From the NCBI GenBank assembly GCA_015680685.1, contig MNCI01000808.1, positions 891,026 through 955,025 of the forward strand: a DNA stretch of 64,000 nucleotides. The letters run 5' to 3'. A program made the position numbers and the translations under genes. This DNA is from Gnetum montanum. Taxonomy: Eukaryota > Plantae > Gnetophyta. Shown one piece after another: positions 39,557 through 53,509 of this stretch (within the stretch, counting starts at the first letter, position 1; each line of letters begins with the position of its first letter). The notes beneath the pieces are model-generated. The model was not told the origin of the DNA. It made no database searches and worked only from the letters and a program-made list of their open reading frames with translations.

Positions 39557-41205
39557 CAACCCTTTGCCTATCATTTCACCTTTCACTGTACTAACAACAT
39601 AGTAGAGTATGAAGGTCTCCTTAGAGGTCTTGTGGCAACGCTGGCTTCAGACATCATACAGCTGGTAGTCAGAGGTGACTCACAACTAGTCCTAAACCAA
39701 GTTACAGACGTCTATACATGTAAAGCTCAACATTTACAACCATACTGCGATTTGGCGAAACACTTAATAGGGCAATTCGAAAGTATGGACATGCAACACG
39801 TTTCCAGAAATGACAATACTATTGCGGATGCATTAGCAACCTTAGCATTAAATATCTCACCTGACATGTTTCATACGTTTCCAAGCTCCATAACCAATTG
39901 TGCTGAACCAATCACCGACACCCTTAACACGTTGCCGATTTCATCCGTTAGTACAACACACGCGGTGGAATGGTATGATGACATAAAAGAATACCTTCTA
40001 CATGGTGAGGCACCACAACATCTAACAAATGCGCAAAAGGACACTGTACGAAAGCGTTCCAGGCAATACACCTTAGTAGGGGACACATTGTGTCGCAGAT
40101 CTTACGAAGGTATATTACTAACATGCGTCAGTAATGCTAATGCCCAAACGGTTGTTGAACAAATGCACGAGGGATTATGCGGGGGACACATTGCGCCTAA
40201 AGCCATGGCAACGAAAATAAGACGATTAGGCTATTATTGGCCGCATATGGAATATGACTGTCTCTCCAAGGTTAGAATATGCGACACTTGCCAAAAGCAT
40301 AGTAACCTAATCCATGTCCCACCAAACGAGTTGCACACGGCGCAGATCACGTGGCCCTTCCAAAAATGGGGTTTGGACCTCATCGGACCAATCACACCCT
40401 CGTCTTCCGCAGGGCACAGTTTCATCATAATCACTACTGAATACTTCACGAAGTGGGTTGAGGCTGTTCCCCTCCGAAAGACCACATCTAAACACGTGTG
40501 CAATTTCATCCTCGAAAACATAATAACCCGTTTTGACATTCCCATGACAATCATCACTGACAACGGGCTGCAATTTAGCAGTGCCGAAACAAAAAATTTT
40601 TGCGACAGTCTGGGGATCAAACACTCGTTTTCCTCCCCTTACTATCCTCAGAGCAATGGGCAAGCAGAAGCAACAAATAAGACGATCATTACAATACTTA
40701 AGAAAATGCTAACCTAGAGAAAAATAAAATGGCACGAGCAATTAGTGTATGCATTATGGGAATACCGCACCACACACTGAACGTCAATAGGTAAAACGCC
40801 ATATAGTCTTGTTTACTGTTCAGAAGTTGTCTTACCTTTAGAATTACAGGGACCATCATTAAGGATCACATTCTCCGAACTCCTCGACGACGAGAAAAAT
40901 AATAATCTGCGTATCATTGACCTCGATTCGGTGGAAGAAGAATGCGTATGCATGCTCAACCAGATCGAATGGTATCAAAAGCAACAACGACAGCGACATC
41001 GACATGACATCAACAAACGCCCCATCAAAGAAGGCAACCTCGTGCTCAAAGCTGTTCGGGAACACCCAGACAAGTTCTCAGCCCAAGAGGGCCTTACGTG
41101 GTCATCAAAGCATTCGATAATGGTGCATTCAAGCTAGCTGACATGGAAGGGAATGAGTTTGCCAATCCAACAAATCATTTGTACCTAAAACCGTTCTACA
41201 TCTGA
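39557..41205 (+). pseudogene. pol: aRH - integrase
   Basis: TNNIVEYEGL, RGDSQLV, HEGLCGGH, CDTCQ, GLDLIG, ITDNG, SNGQAE. Confidence 0.95.
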
Positions 41206-41224
41206 ATACAAGTTCAGGTACGTG

Positions 41225-41600
41225 TAAGTCCTGGAATTACGACTATAAACTGATACCACAGCAGTCCTAGAATTACGACTATAAACTGATACCACAGCTC
41301 ATCCTGGAATCATGACGGTAAACTAATACCACAAAACAGTCCTAGATTATGACTTAAAACTAATACCGCAGTGTCCACAATGACGGTAAACTAGCACCCA
41401 TCTGACATGACAATAAACTGCCATCATCCTAACCAATCGGGTCCGCTAAGACTATAAACTAGCTTGCCTCTCCATAGTCCACTAAGACTAGAAACTGGCA
41501 ATGTAACGTCCGTCACGATGCTAAACAGGCAATGTCCAACAGGTTATGACATAAAACTAACCCATGAAAGTCTGCCAAGACTATAAACTGGCAAGTTCAC
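41225..41600 (+). repeat. Post-INT hairpin-motif array
   Basis: gtc cacaat gac ggt aaactag; gtc cgctaa gac tat aaactag; gtc tgccaa gac tat aaactgg. Confidence 0.85.
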
Positions 41601-42637
41601 ATCTGGCACATCACTCCGCCGCCATGCTCATTCATCAGCTTCAATACACCACTCACCATCAATCGCCTTTATCAGCATTGCTATCATCTAAACACAATGC
41701 CTGTCTTCCTTCAGCATCTATGCACCATTGGCCGCCATGTAAGTCTAAGCTCGTCTATTCGCTCATGGTTTTTCTTGTCTCCTTGGCGTTATGTTTGTAG
41801 GATGACACCCAGAAGTTTCGCACAAAGATGCACTTCGCCATAAGCAGCATGGTAAGACAATGTTCGCAGCATACCTGGCAGGACTAAATCAAACCATTCA
41901 CTAGTACATCCCCATTCATCGACAAAATTCTTTATCCATTCGCCAACACATTTTACCCCGGCATCCCCTCAACACGCCTAGTACATCTAAAACATTGTAC
42001 CACTGTAAAGCAGCTGCAACACACAGCACAGCAACTGTGCATGAGTACAAAAGCAGGGCAAAAGTATACGCCGCAAAAAAAAACTGAGACCCCGGGCACT
42101 TCCCATATAAGTCCCAGGCGGGAAGGCAGTTGTCTCAAAACCAAGTACTCATGTCTAAAATGGTCAAAAAAAATCCAGTTCCATGGCTTTGGCTCCTCGC
42201 CAACAAGTTCCCTAGAACACTAAACATGGGTCCTGTTCTCCCAAAGCATGTAACACATCCTCCCGTAGCTTTGGCCCCGCCAACAGGATTCCCTTGAAAG
42301 CTAACCGAGGGCCCTGTTCCGCCCAAGGACGCACATTGCATGTCTGAACTCCGAGTCTGCTAAAACATTGGCTATTGGCAAAGATCAGCATGCCACATAT
42401 CCAAACATCCCCTGTCCATGACACAATTCATTGGGTAGTCACCAATCCCCGCGATCTCTATCCTCCTATTAGCTACAAATTTCACTTTCCCGATCCCATG
42501 TACTATTGAACACGGTACTATGACATCTTGTCAAGTGGCAGCGGGAAACGTCTTTACCAAGTTGCTTGTGGTATTTTGCACTTCTTTGTCGACGCTTCTC
42601 GGGTCGATTCCTCCAAGCATCAACAAAGAGGGGCCAA

Positions 42638-43750
42638 TGAAACACCACAAAATTCGGCACTTAGTACTTTTCCAGCATGGCTACAGTGGGTGTCACGCAT
42701 TGCAAATTTGGAGGTCAAACAGCTTCATTTTCACTAAGTGTCCGGCACCAGCGTATATGCCCAGAGTCTACGCTCAAGGACATCCCCAGCGTAGATGCTC
42801 GAATCCACAGCGTATACGCCCACCAGCATATATGCTCAAATTTTCAGCATATACATCCAACGTAAGCATTCCAACTCGCACGCCTGGTGTATGCACTTAA
42901 CTTGTACGCTCGACAGGCATGGCAAACGTTTACGCCCAGCACAGAATGTCCAAGGGCAGAATGAAGACAACACCGAAGAGTAAGAATTGAAGCAAGTCGG
43001 CATCCATCAGTGTATACACCCAGCGTATACGCTCGCATCCATTAGCGTATACGCCCAGCGTATAATCCCGCATCCACAACGTATATGCCCAGTGTATACG
43101 CCCAGCGTCCACCATCTCCACCCAAGTTAACACGCCCGCCTCATTCAGCGTATACGCCTAGCGTATACACCCGCCCCACAGCGTATACGCCTGCCCCATA
43201 GCATATACGCCCAGCATATACGCCCAACACTTGTAATATTGTACATTTGTAAATTGTGTGCACCCGGTCAATGCGCCATGTGTCGCCCAACCCGAGTCTA
43301 GCGTAACAACCTTCTTACGCTGCTCAAAAGAGCTAAAACCTTCTTACGCTGGGAAGCCTTGTATGCTACAGATATAGTCTGTATGCTCCACTCGCCCTAC
43401 AGACCAGCCGAGTCATCCTTGTATACGCCAGGGCTTTTCGTCCACCTTGTGTTCCCACACCACTGCGTCAGACCGGTGCACTGTACTTTGACTCTACAAT
43501 ACTATTGTTTACATTCGCTGCATAAGTTCTTTTACAGTTTTATGTCAATTTGGCCCACGCATTGTTTATGCCTGTTTATGCCCATGCTTGGTTTGCATCC
43601 GTTTACGCTTTACGCTGCTCTGTTACCTTGTTTACGCTCGCACATCGTTTACGCATAACCCAACGTATTAGCATTTTGTGTACGCACGGGGAAATCCTTG
43701 TCTGATCGGCGTGCGGACCACCCAACGTACTCTACCTTTGTTGCATTTCA
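42638..43750 (+). repeat. 3' LTR (about 1.1 kb) with many GCGTATACGC palindromes
   Basis: PPT aaagaggggccaa at 42625-42637, TG...CA termini. Confidence 0.75.
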
Positions 43751-44418
43751 GCACGCCCTCAGGCGAAGGCAGGGTCTTCTGTACATGTCTTGCGACCCCA
43801 TGGCCTCTGTTTTTCCTTCCAGCCAGAGACCGACGATTTCAGGCGGTATAGAACCATGATAGGAACTTCAACGTTGAAGGTGTTAGCGATAGTGTTCGAA
43901 AAAGCCATTGTTAAGAAAGTAGTTATGCAAAGGAGTGCAAAAAGAACAAGGAAACTAGAAAATAACAAAATGAAGGCTTTACATCTTGTCGGGTTCTCGA
44001 GGAACCGTTGAAGCGACTAATCTGCACCACACAAAGTGTAAACAACCGCAAAAGGGTGTCACGTTTATGCTAGTGCGCAATAGGATGTAGAGCGTGTGCA
44101 AGACTACCATAAGATGGGCAAGTCAACTAGCAAACAAGGATTTGCGTCTCATAGGATCCCCGAGGAACCATCAAAGTGACCGATCTGTACCATGCACGAT
44201 GGGGTACAAAATGCATGTAAGACTACCATAAGATAGGCTAGTTAAATGGCAATCAGAGGCCTTGTGTTCTGTAGGGCTCCCAAGGAACCTTCAAGGTGAC
44301 CGATCTATACTACACAAAGTGCAAACAACCACAAAAGGATGTCATGTTTACACTTATGTATATTAGGGTGCAGAAGGCTCACAGAACTACTGTGACATGC
44401 AAAAAAGGCATCAAAAGG

Positions 44419-44435
44419 CCCTCCTTCTAGTGCCA
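44419..44435 (-). other. PBS, tRNA-Asn type
   Basis: tggcactagaaggaggg. Confidence 0.85.
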
Positions 44436-44441
44436 GATAAC

Positions 44442-46157
44442 TATAGCGAATGAAAATGTTAGTGGCTAGAAAATATCGAGGGGTCAGCAGGTGCGATAGT
44501 TTTGACCCCATATCTACGGGAGGGCCATGCTAGGTGTGAGTGGGTACGGAGCACCCTAAACAATCTGGTTGATTAGACAGGGACTTAGTTGGTGTCTATA
44601 TAGCCTTTTGCAACGTGTAGTTTGAAAATAGAAATAATAGCACGATGTAATGCTTAAACGCAAAGAAGGCATAAAATAGTGTAAAAAGTAGTAATAAGCA
44701 ATAAACAAAGTAAAATGCAGTTATAAGTAGGAAACAAAGTAAAATGCAGTTAGAAAAATTCACCGCTCCAAGGCTATAAGTTTGCCCTATCAGGATGGAT
44801 ATAGTTGGTTGCATAGCATTGCAGAGTGCAGAGATACCAAGAGTAACCAGGACGTGTACGGAAAAGGTGACTATGCGCTTGGGCACGGACTCAAGAGCTG
44901 ACAATGCGGGAATTCTACCAAGGTGGTAGAAGGGGGATAGAGCAAGATGCCAGCTGAGAATGCTAACTATTTGCAGTGTCAAATAGGAAGCTTATAATGC
45001 TCAATGTTACAATGCTCACTCGCTTGTCTGTTACAGAAAGGTCTCTAGGGCCAACCATTTGTAGCAAAGAACCTGAATGCCAGAAAGAGAGGGAGAGAGA
45101 GAGAGCCAAAGAGTGTCAAAATACGAGAAGTTCAAAATTCCCCAGACCCAAGAAAAATTTGAAGGAAGAGAGAGCTTTGAACGTTGCTTGTTAAGGCATT
45201 TATAGAGCCAAGGGCATGCAAAAGGGATGGTTTGGATGCTACATGCCTTGGGCCCACGTTGACTTGTCTGTGCTGCACGTGCTAACAGGATCATTGTAAT
45301 GCGAGTTTGCCATGCTACAACTGTGAGCCTACCACATTTTGATTGCACCATCAGCATCTAGAGACATGTGCCAATGATTCAATTAGATGAAGTGCATTAA
45401 TGTTGCATAACCACCAGCATGCTTTGTAGTGTAGCATGTCCGATGTAGCGTAGCATGTTGTCCCACGTTTTGCTACATGTGTGCTGCATCCTTGCTACGC
45501 TATGCTATGCTATGTAGCGTAGCGTGGTGTAGCGACTTGCCTTAGTCGCAAAAAATTTTCCAATCTGCAAACTTTGCTTCTTGCATTGTGAGACTTGCAA
45601 ACTTGCTGATCCTACCCTTTGAGCTACCTTCTATCTCTTCTACAGAATTTCTATGCCTAGCTACACTATGTAGCTCAGCGTAGCATAGTAGCAGACATGG
45701 TCCACCACTTCATGAAGAAAGGGACATTCCTGAAGGACTTGAAGTTGTACGATGGAATAGGCTGTATAGTTTTTACCATGCTATGCTACACTACGTAGCG
45801 TAGCATACCATGGCACTTCATTATGCAACTATTTTCTGAAGCTTGCTACGCTACATAGCGAGGCGTAGCATAGCGTAGCAAAATTCGTGACTTAGAAAAC
45901 TTGCTGAACTATTTTTGCGCATCTTGGGTGCTACTGTCAACTCTGTGCATTGCTTTTGAGTAGGCCATTGTTTGGATAAAATACCTAGGTGGACAGGTAG
46001 GATGATGCATAGAGCCTATTTACACCTAAAGTAGAAAACTTGCCAAACTGGCCAGTTTGCATTTAGAGCGTTCTCCTACTAAAGAACTACCGTAGCACTA
46101 CATGAACTACAAGGCTTGGTGAAGCACGCATGCCTTTGAAGTTTTTGAGGTGTTTCA
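44442..46157 (-). repeat. 5' LTR of copy 3 (about 1.72 kb)
   Basis: TGAAACACC start; collinear with 22128-23803. Confidence 0.9.
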
Positions 46158-47224
46158 GTGCCCAAGGTTACAGTGCCAAAAAGGTTGGACTGAATCATTC
46201 CCAAAGGAAGCCTGAAAGTCCCAAGATGTCAAAAAGTCCAAAAGCCGGCCAAAAGTCCAAAGGGCACATGAAAGGGGCGATTTGGACATCACATGTCTTG
46301 GGTCCATGTTGACTTGTCTATACTTGCACATGCCTGCATGACTTTTGGACATGCATGAATATTGTAATTACAAGCCTGCCATGCTGTAATTGTGAGCCTT
46401 CCATGCCATAATTTCACCATCAACATCTCGAGATGTGTGCCAATGATGCAATTAGGTGAAGTGCATTGATATCACACAACCACCCATCATGCTTTGCTAT
46501 GCTTTGTAGTGTAGCATCTTTAGTGTAGCATAGCATCTTTTCATACTTGCTACGCTATGTAGCATAGCAGCTAAACTTAATTACAAAAACTTTTCCAATC
46601 TACAAAATTTTCCTTTTGCACTACGAAACTTATGAACATTTTTATCCTGCCCTTTGAGTTTCCTTTTGTTACTTCCATAGAATTTCTTTTGTTGTAGATG
46701 TTGTTGAAGCTTTCGGACATCATTGCTGGTGTACGATGTCCAAAGTAGGAAGGTCAACAGCAACCTTGGCAGCATCGGCATAACGGAGCCGATGTTGAAG
46801 GTGCCAGGAGTCGTCGTGAGTGCGAATGCTTTGTAATCCCTACCAAAGGCATGCATTCTCAGTTTAGCTATGGGATGAGCTACCACATAGCTAAATGCTA
46901 TTGGCAGGGGGCTAGAGGATAACAATATTGTGGCTAAGCCACAATAGTGCTAGAACTCCAGCAGCAGGCATTGATCCAAGAACTACCATTAGGGCAATGG
47001 GTCGTGGTAATGGTAGGTTCGGAGGGCTAGTGTGATGTCGTACTACATCTCTGGAGGTGTAGCACAATTCCAAGGGTGGTGGCATCACATACGTTCTAGA
47101 TCATGTCCACATTGCATCATAAACTGCATCCTGGAGCTACAACGCCACACCCCCGTGTCAGCACTGTGCACGTTTATTCGATGTGTACTCGGTGCAAATG
47201 CACGCTAGGGATGTGACGCGAACC

Positions 47225-47470
47225 CGGTTTAAGGTCCTGGTAGACCGTGTGCTAGGTTAGGGTCCTAGCAGACCATTATCCTAGTTTAAGGTCCTAGTAG
47301 ATGATACATACTAGCTTAACATCATAGCGGACATGCCATGCCAGTTTATAGTCATAGCGAACTAGTTGTGCCAGTTTTATGTTGTAGCGGATGGTTGCTG
47401 CCAGTTTAACATTGTAGCAGATGATGCTTGTTTTTGTGAGTCTATCATTGTAGTGGATGCTGCTTGTTGC
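47225..47470 (-). repeat. Post-INT hairpin-motif array
   Basis: Homologous to 6120-6490, with fewer units. Confidence 0.85.
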
Positions 47471-47479
47471 TACCATGCT

Positions 47480-48415
47480 TTAGATGTAGTATGGCTTGAG
47501 GTACGAGTGATTCATTGGGTTGGCAAACTCATTGTGGTCCATGTATGCCAGCTTGAAGGCTCCATTCCCGAAGGCTTTAGTGACCATGTAAGGGCCTTCC
47601 TAGTTGGCTGAGAATTTGCTCATGTGCTCACGGATGGCCTTGAGGACAAGGTCTCCCTTCTGTACTAGCTGCCGATGTTGGTTTTCATGGTGCTTTTGTT
47701 GCTGCTTGCTTTGGTAGTGCTCTATGTGGCTTAGTGTCTACACGTGCTCCTCCTCTATTGAGTCGAGGTCAATGATCCACGACTCATTGTTCTAGGCTTT
47801 GCTCACGATGTCAGATAGAATCATCCAGAGTGATGGTACTTACAACTCAAGAGGCAACAAAACTTTAGATCCATAAACAAGGTTGTAAGGAGTCTTACTT
47901 GTCACAGTTCTGCATGTCGTCCTGTAGGCCCATAGAATGTAGAGGATTTGTTTGTGCCACCACCTCTTATTGTTGCTAAGCATTCGCCTCAGCAAGTTGA
48001 TGATGGACTTATTTGTAGCCTCCACCTGTTTGTTCGCCTATGGGTAATAAGGATAGGAGAATGATTTCTTGATGCCTAGATTACTGTAAAAGGTTCAAGT
48101 TTTCATATGACTAAACTATGGCCCATTGTTGGTCAAAATAGTCATTGGAAGCCCAAATCGCGTTACGATGTTGTCCAGGAGGAAGTGGAAGATTTGTTGA
48201 GATGTCCTCCTCCTCAGGGGAATAGCTTCCACCAACTTAGTAAAATACTCAATGGTAGTGATAATGAAAATATGCCCTATGAAGGACTTAGGCGTGATAG
48301 GTCCTATGAGGTCTAGTCCCCATTGTTGGAAAGGCCATGTGATCTATGTTGGGTACAAGTCCATGGGTGAGACATGTATGAGATTTGTGTGTCTTTTGCA
48401 CATGTCACACATTCT
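47480..48415 (-). pseudogene. Integrase core and C-terminus (N-terminally deleted)
   Basis: WPFQQWGLDLIG, VEATNKSII, KGPY; collinear with about 5180-6110. Confidence 0.9.
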
Positions 48416-49446
48416 CTAGATAAACGGTATAATGATATAAAGATTAAAAGCTTTCTAGTTGAATGTCATGGAGGACCGCCAAGGCGTAAGAGTGTGAAGC
48501 TTATTAAAAAATGTAGACTACTGACATGAAAACATGAAACTACTAGAAATTGCAAAACTACCAATGCGAAAGTGTGAAACTACTAGTTTAACATCATTGT
48601 GGACTGTGAATGTATAACAAGGTCAAAACTACTAGTTTAGGGTCTTTTCAGACCATTAAAGGTGCAACTACACTAGGATTGCTAGTTTAAGATCTTTTCG
48701 GATAGGTAACGTTATGATTGCTGGGGTTGCTAGTTTAAGGTCTTTTCAGACCCGTAACTAAAATATATATATATATTTTTTTGGGAAAGCAAACAATTGG
48801 CTTGAAGCATGTCAAGGTTTTAATTCCAATAGTGCTACGATGTCGTGGTGAGCATGCTACACTGTATGGTGCACTCCACATTAAACAGAGAGAGAGTGTG
48901 GCAAGTTTCCCTGGTAGGCTACTATCCTTCCTTTGCTTTTTCGCGATTCTATCATGGTTTTTATTTTCTTCTTTCATTGTGTATCCTAGTCTTAGTCATT
49001 TGTGTTTTCTGTCATTGCATTTTTTTGGCCTTTGCATCGCCATTGCAATTTCAGCTGTGGCGGATGCATAAATGCTATGCCATCATTGCATGTAAAGTCT
49101 CTTAAACTGCCATTGCTGCTGTTGTCATAACTGCGGGGGCTTGGATAGTTTAAGTTACTTAGCTTTCGAATAGCATAGCGTAGGTCCCTCAGGAGGGTTG
49201 GGCCATGTGTGATGCGACAGTGTGACAAGTATTTTGTTAATGCATATTGTTAAGCATCCTATTAGGGCTAATTGCTTTGTTGCTATGCTAGGCTATTTTT
49301 TCTATGCTAGTGCTTTTATGTTCTTGCTACTCTATGTGCGGGAAGAGGGCTATGCTATGCCATATCCATGAACTGCTAGGTATTGCTATGTTGCATGCGT
49401 ATTGTACTTAGACATGATTCTAACACTTGCTAGTTGTGTTGTGTAG

Positions 49447-52400
49447 GATGGGGCTAAGGCCAATTCTGATTGTCTTAGAAATTGCAGCGATCCTGTGTTA
49501 CGTAACCAAACCCGTGGCCAATGCCCCTCCTCCCCAGATACGTGTGGGGAAGCAGGGGATGTGGGTCAAGAAAGGAGCATAGGAGTTCCTACAATACCTC
49601 CTCCAACACTTCAATGTGATCATTTGGTCATACCTAGAGGAGGAAGAGGCGGTCCTCATAATAGAAGCCATATTGCCTAAGGCAAGCCAGGGAATCTTGA
49701 GGTTTTTGACAGATGGAGCAATCTTTAGCAAGAAAGGAAAAGGATCTAGTCAATGCCCCATAGGGTTGAGGTGTTTATCCTAGATTTGGGATATGTCTGA
49801 GTACAGCTACTACCATTCTTACAACACACTATTCATTGCACGTTATATGGCAACGTGCTTCCAAAATCCACCAAGAATTGTCCACTATGCTCGCGGGTAA
49901 GTTTTTTGCAACTTTTTTCCGCTATGTTATGCAACGCTTGCCATATTGGCCAAATGCTAATAGTATGATTTTATTACCAAGATCTACATCAACAAGGAAG
50001 GCGTTCATGATCGATTGGGTCTACTGGCTATAGCACGTATAACCCTGCAGGAGTTCTCTTCTACTGAGAACCTATGGGTGGGTGTGATTGGTCAATGTAG
50101 GGGTGAATACCACACCTACGCACACATATACCTCATTCCCTATGATCAGTGCAAGGGGTCTGGTTGGCTGGATAAGGGGCAAGCAAAACCCTTCAAACCA
50201 ATCATCGTTGAACAATTTCTAGTTAATCTTCTATTGTTCCTATTACTGTAAATACCTGGTAGGCTAAACAATAAGTGTTGCATGGTTAAGTGTCTTTGCA
50301 ATCTTTGGATTTTCTACATTTCTATGCTAAACGTTTCTTGTGAAAACTATTATAGGGGAAAAAAAGCCCCAGGAGGTGATGGTTGTAACCGCCAAGACAC
50401 AAGGGGCAAATATCTACTTCAAGTATGGAGAAGTAGATATGAGCCAACACTAGATAAATGGTGTGGCCTTAGACTCCTTGGTCTAGAATATCCAAAAGGC
50501 TGGGCTTATGGATCTATTCCTAGCCCCAAATCCAAATATTCTTGCTGTCGAGATGCTCTCCCTAGTCAACTCCTTTTCCGAGAAGGCGAGCTACCTTCGC
50601 ATGCGCATATAGGGCATACGGGTGATCATTCAAATCAATGACCAGCTGTTTTTGGACCTCTGCTGTGTCCCTGCCGATGGCATCCTCATTGGGTCAAAGT
50701 CCAAGATGGAGCTAACCCTTCAGATGAAGGACATCGAGGAGTGGTTAGGGATTTCCAATGGGCGAAAGGAGCTCCCCATGGAGAAGCTTAAAGAAAGAGC
50801 CACTAGGGAGGTTTACCCTATCATCCATGCTCGTGCATTCCCCCAGTTGCTCTCCCAAGAAAAGGTCATGGGGATCGAGCAAGCTTGGGTAATGTGTGAA
50901 GTTTTGGAGGAGGGGGCTCACTACAACTGGGCCAAATTTTTATGTAAAGTCTTGCAAACCGAAATCTTGGGGCTCCATAAGAAAATGAAGTCCTGTTGGA
51001 ATATCCATTATGCCTTTTACATAGCCTATCTAAAGTATTTCATAGAGTTCCTTGTGGTTCAGTAGAATGGAGTCTAGATCATGCGAAATTGTAACCAGAT
51101 TTCCAGACCATGGATTACTAGATCCTCTAGACCACCTGAACCCAAGATCTGATAGAAATAATTGGGAAGTTGTTCTCTGTGATGACTAAGGATCAGGTGG
51201 CTCACAATGTTCGTGGCCAATATAGCATAGGAGAGACACCCCCCACCATAGATGGTAGTGTGTTGCGGGGGGAACGTTTCATAGCCGAGGTTGCAGCTAG
51301 TAAGCTATAGTGGAAGAGGCCTCCTCTAGCTAAGGAAACTCTTCGCATAGAGGAAGAGGAGGGGCAAAGATTGTAGCTTAAACTGTAGAGGATGCAACCC
51401 GCTATTGGTAAATGCTTTCATTTAATGCCTACTTTGTTATTTTCCACTACGCTAGGCGTCGTAGCATAGTGTAGCACCTACCTTAAGCTAACTTGTCTTG
51501 AGCTAATGCAAAAATGTTTCTTAACTACCAGAAGAAGAAGAGGAAGAAAAAGAAGGCGATGAAGAGGTGTCTCCTAAAAGGAAAGGCACCAGCACATGAA
51601 AAAGGGATCCTTAGGGACCTAGCAGGAACCTTTGGCTAGGCTACTGCCATCGTTTTGCATCAGCAAGAAGGGAGACCGTAATTTGATGCTGGTGAGTTTG
51701 GCAATATATTTTTCTTATAATAACTCATTTTGGCCATCTTTGACATGTTTAGTTATGTGATAGGTGCCACCTTTGCTGCTACAAAACCTCCTCTGTTTCA
51801 CATGGAATCATCGGCTGAGGTCCCTGATAAGTTTACGTTCATGCAGGGAATCGTTGATGACATGATCAGCCATCTTTAGAAGGTGGACCTTGAGATGGAT
51901 AAGTAGTAGTGTTAGGTGCTCTTGCATTGTTGTGCTAGAACTTCTTGAGTTTGCTACTTTTTCTATACTAATGCGATTGGTATGCTCTTAGTGTCATAGC
52001 AGCCTCTCGACTCAAATGGGACCCAGTACAGCCTTTGAAAGTAAGTGTCGTGCCTACATTCCTACCTAAAGTGATCGAGGTGTCTCGTTGTGCATACAAC
52101 AAGGCTTGAAAATGTGCTTTGCACTCGGCACACCAATATGGAAGTATAAGCGTGTCAATGAGGACCTGTGGAAACGGGTCCAAAAAGTCTGAGCAAAAGG
52201 AGGCCAACCTGAGCATCAAGGTGGAGGATCTCAAGTTGAGGAACAAATTCCTCATATCCTGTGATACTAATAATGAGGACTGGCACACAGTTGTTATATA
52301 TTACACCAGATTTTGGACTTTTTTGTGTCAGAACGTTGAGGCCACCCGTGAAATAATAGAACAGCCAATGCAGATGAACTTGTTAGCCCAGAAGTGTCAG

Positions 52401-53046
52401 GATTTAAAATATTTCAGTGCCAAGGTTTACAAATGGGGGAAATCCCAGAAAAATCATAAACATATGTATAAACTAGAAGATTCCACCGATTGAAAATTGT
52501 ACAAAGATGCTACTGTGGAGGCATTTACATAGAAAGCATTCATAAATGCTATTGACGCTTCAAAGGCCTATGCCAAGTTCAAAGAGAAAGTAAAGGTTAA
52601 AGAATCTTTTGACTAGAAAGTGAACCTTCCCATAGGAGAGACTACGACCATCTCCTTTTCCCCGGGAGCACAAAGGTGGACAACCACCGAAAGGGAGAGA
52701 GCTGCTACAGATGCTGAACCAAGAGAAAGACATTTGGTGGATATCATGCCAGAGGAGTTCTGACGTCACCTTAGGCTCAGTTTAGACTAGATACCCTTTG
52801 AGACAGACGTGGGCCCTTCTCAAGTTTGTTTCTTGCTGCTGTATTAATGCTTATGCATTGTTGTGACATGCGTGCATTGCTTTAGCTGACTACTTCATTC
52901 TTACGATGCAGGCTCTAGATGAGGGCGCAAGGCCCATAGAGGGAGGGAATGAAGAATTGGCAGAGGATAATGCAGGGGAAGGCAATGCAGAGGGAAATGA
53001 TGCAAAAGTTGGTGATGAAGATGATGCAAGTGGGAGCAACCCATGA
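49447..53046 (+). pseudogene. Antisense accessory gene, copy 4 (exons 2-8; TATA and exon 1 deleted near 48925)
   Basis: ILIVLEIAAILCY..EFLQYLLQHFNVIIWS..YNTLFI..FQNP; IQINDQLFLDLCCVPADG..HYNWAKFL; coiled coil SEQKEANLSIKVEDLKLRNKFL; acidic last exon ending AAC CCA TGA. Confidence 0.85.
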
Positions 53047-53199
53047 AAGCATGGGATTTTTTTAAAAAAAATTTCAAATTCTTTGTAAAATCTTGCAAAC
53101 ATTGTCTAAGAGACCAGAATTTTGAATAAAGAGATGAATTGGTTCCCACGCTAACTTGTATGTTGTGTTTGCATTGAATGTCATGCTAAACATTTGCTC

Positions 53200-53465
53200 T
53201 TCTGTGCAAGTTTTAGGTTGTTCCAGGCCGATGCTAGTGTTAGTCCATTTCGGGCCTTTGCTAGTTTTAGGCTGTTTCGGGCCAATGCTAGTTTTAGGCC
53301 ATTTCAGGCCAATTCTAGTTTTAGGTCATTTCGGGCTAATGCTAGTTTTAGCCCATTTTGGGCTGATGCTAGTCTTAGGCTATTTCGGGCCTTTGCTAGT
53401 TTTAGGTCATTTTGGGCCTTTGCGTAAACACACATTGCTAGTTTTAGGTCATTTCGGGCCATTGT
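53200..53465 (-). repeat. Clean 27-bp tandem array (about 9 units) after gag-PR
   Basis: gctagttttaggccatttcgggccNNt. Confidence 0.95.
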
Positions 53466-53509
53466 GTAAATCCACAAGGATGGTGCATGGGAAAGAAGCA
53501 GTGGGGTTG

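Larger units (their letters stand above)
39557..43750 (+). mobile_element. 5'-truncated related-subfamily element (aRH-INT, array, PPT, 3' LTR)
   Basis: Long INT ORF, PPT, LTR TGAAACACC...TTGCATTTCA. Confidence 0.85.
34050..46157 (-). mobile_element. Copy 3: 5' LTR, PBS, gag start, [interrupted 39557-43850], PR, array, antisense gene
   Basis: Component features; joining the two halves across the insertion is an inference. Confidence 0.7.
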
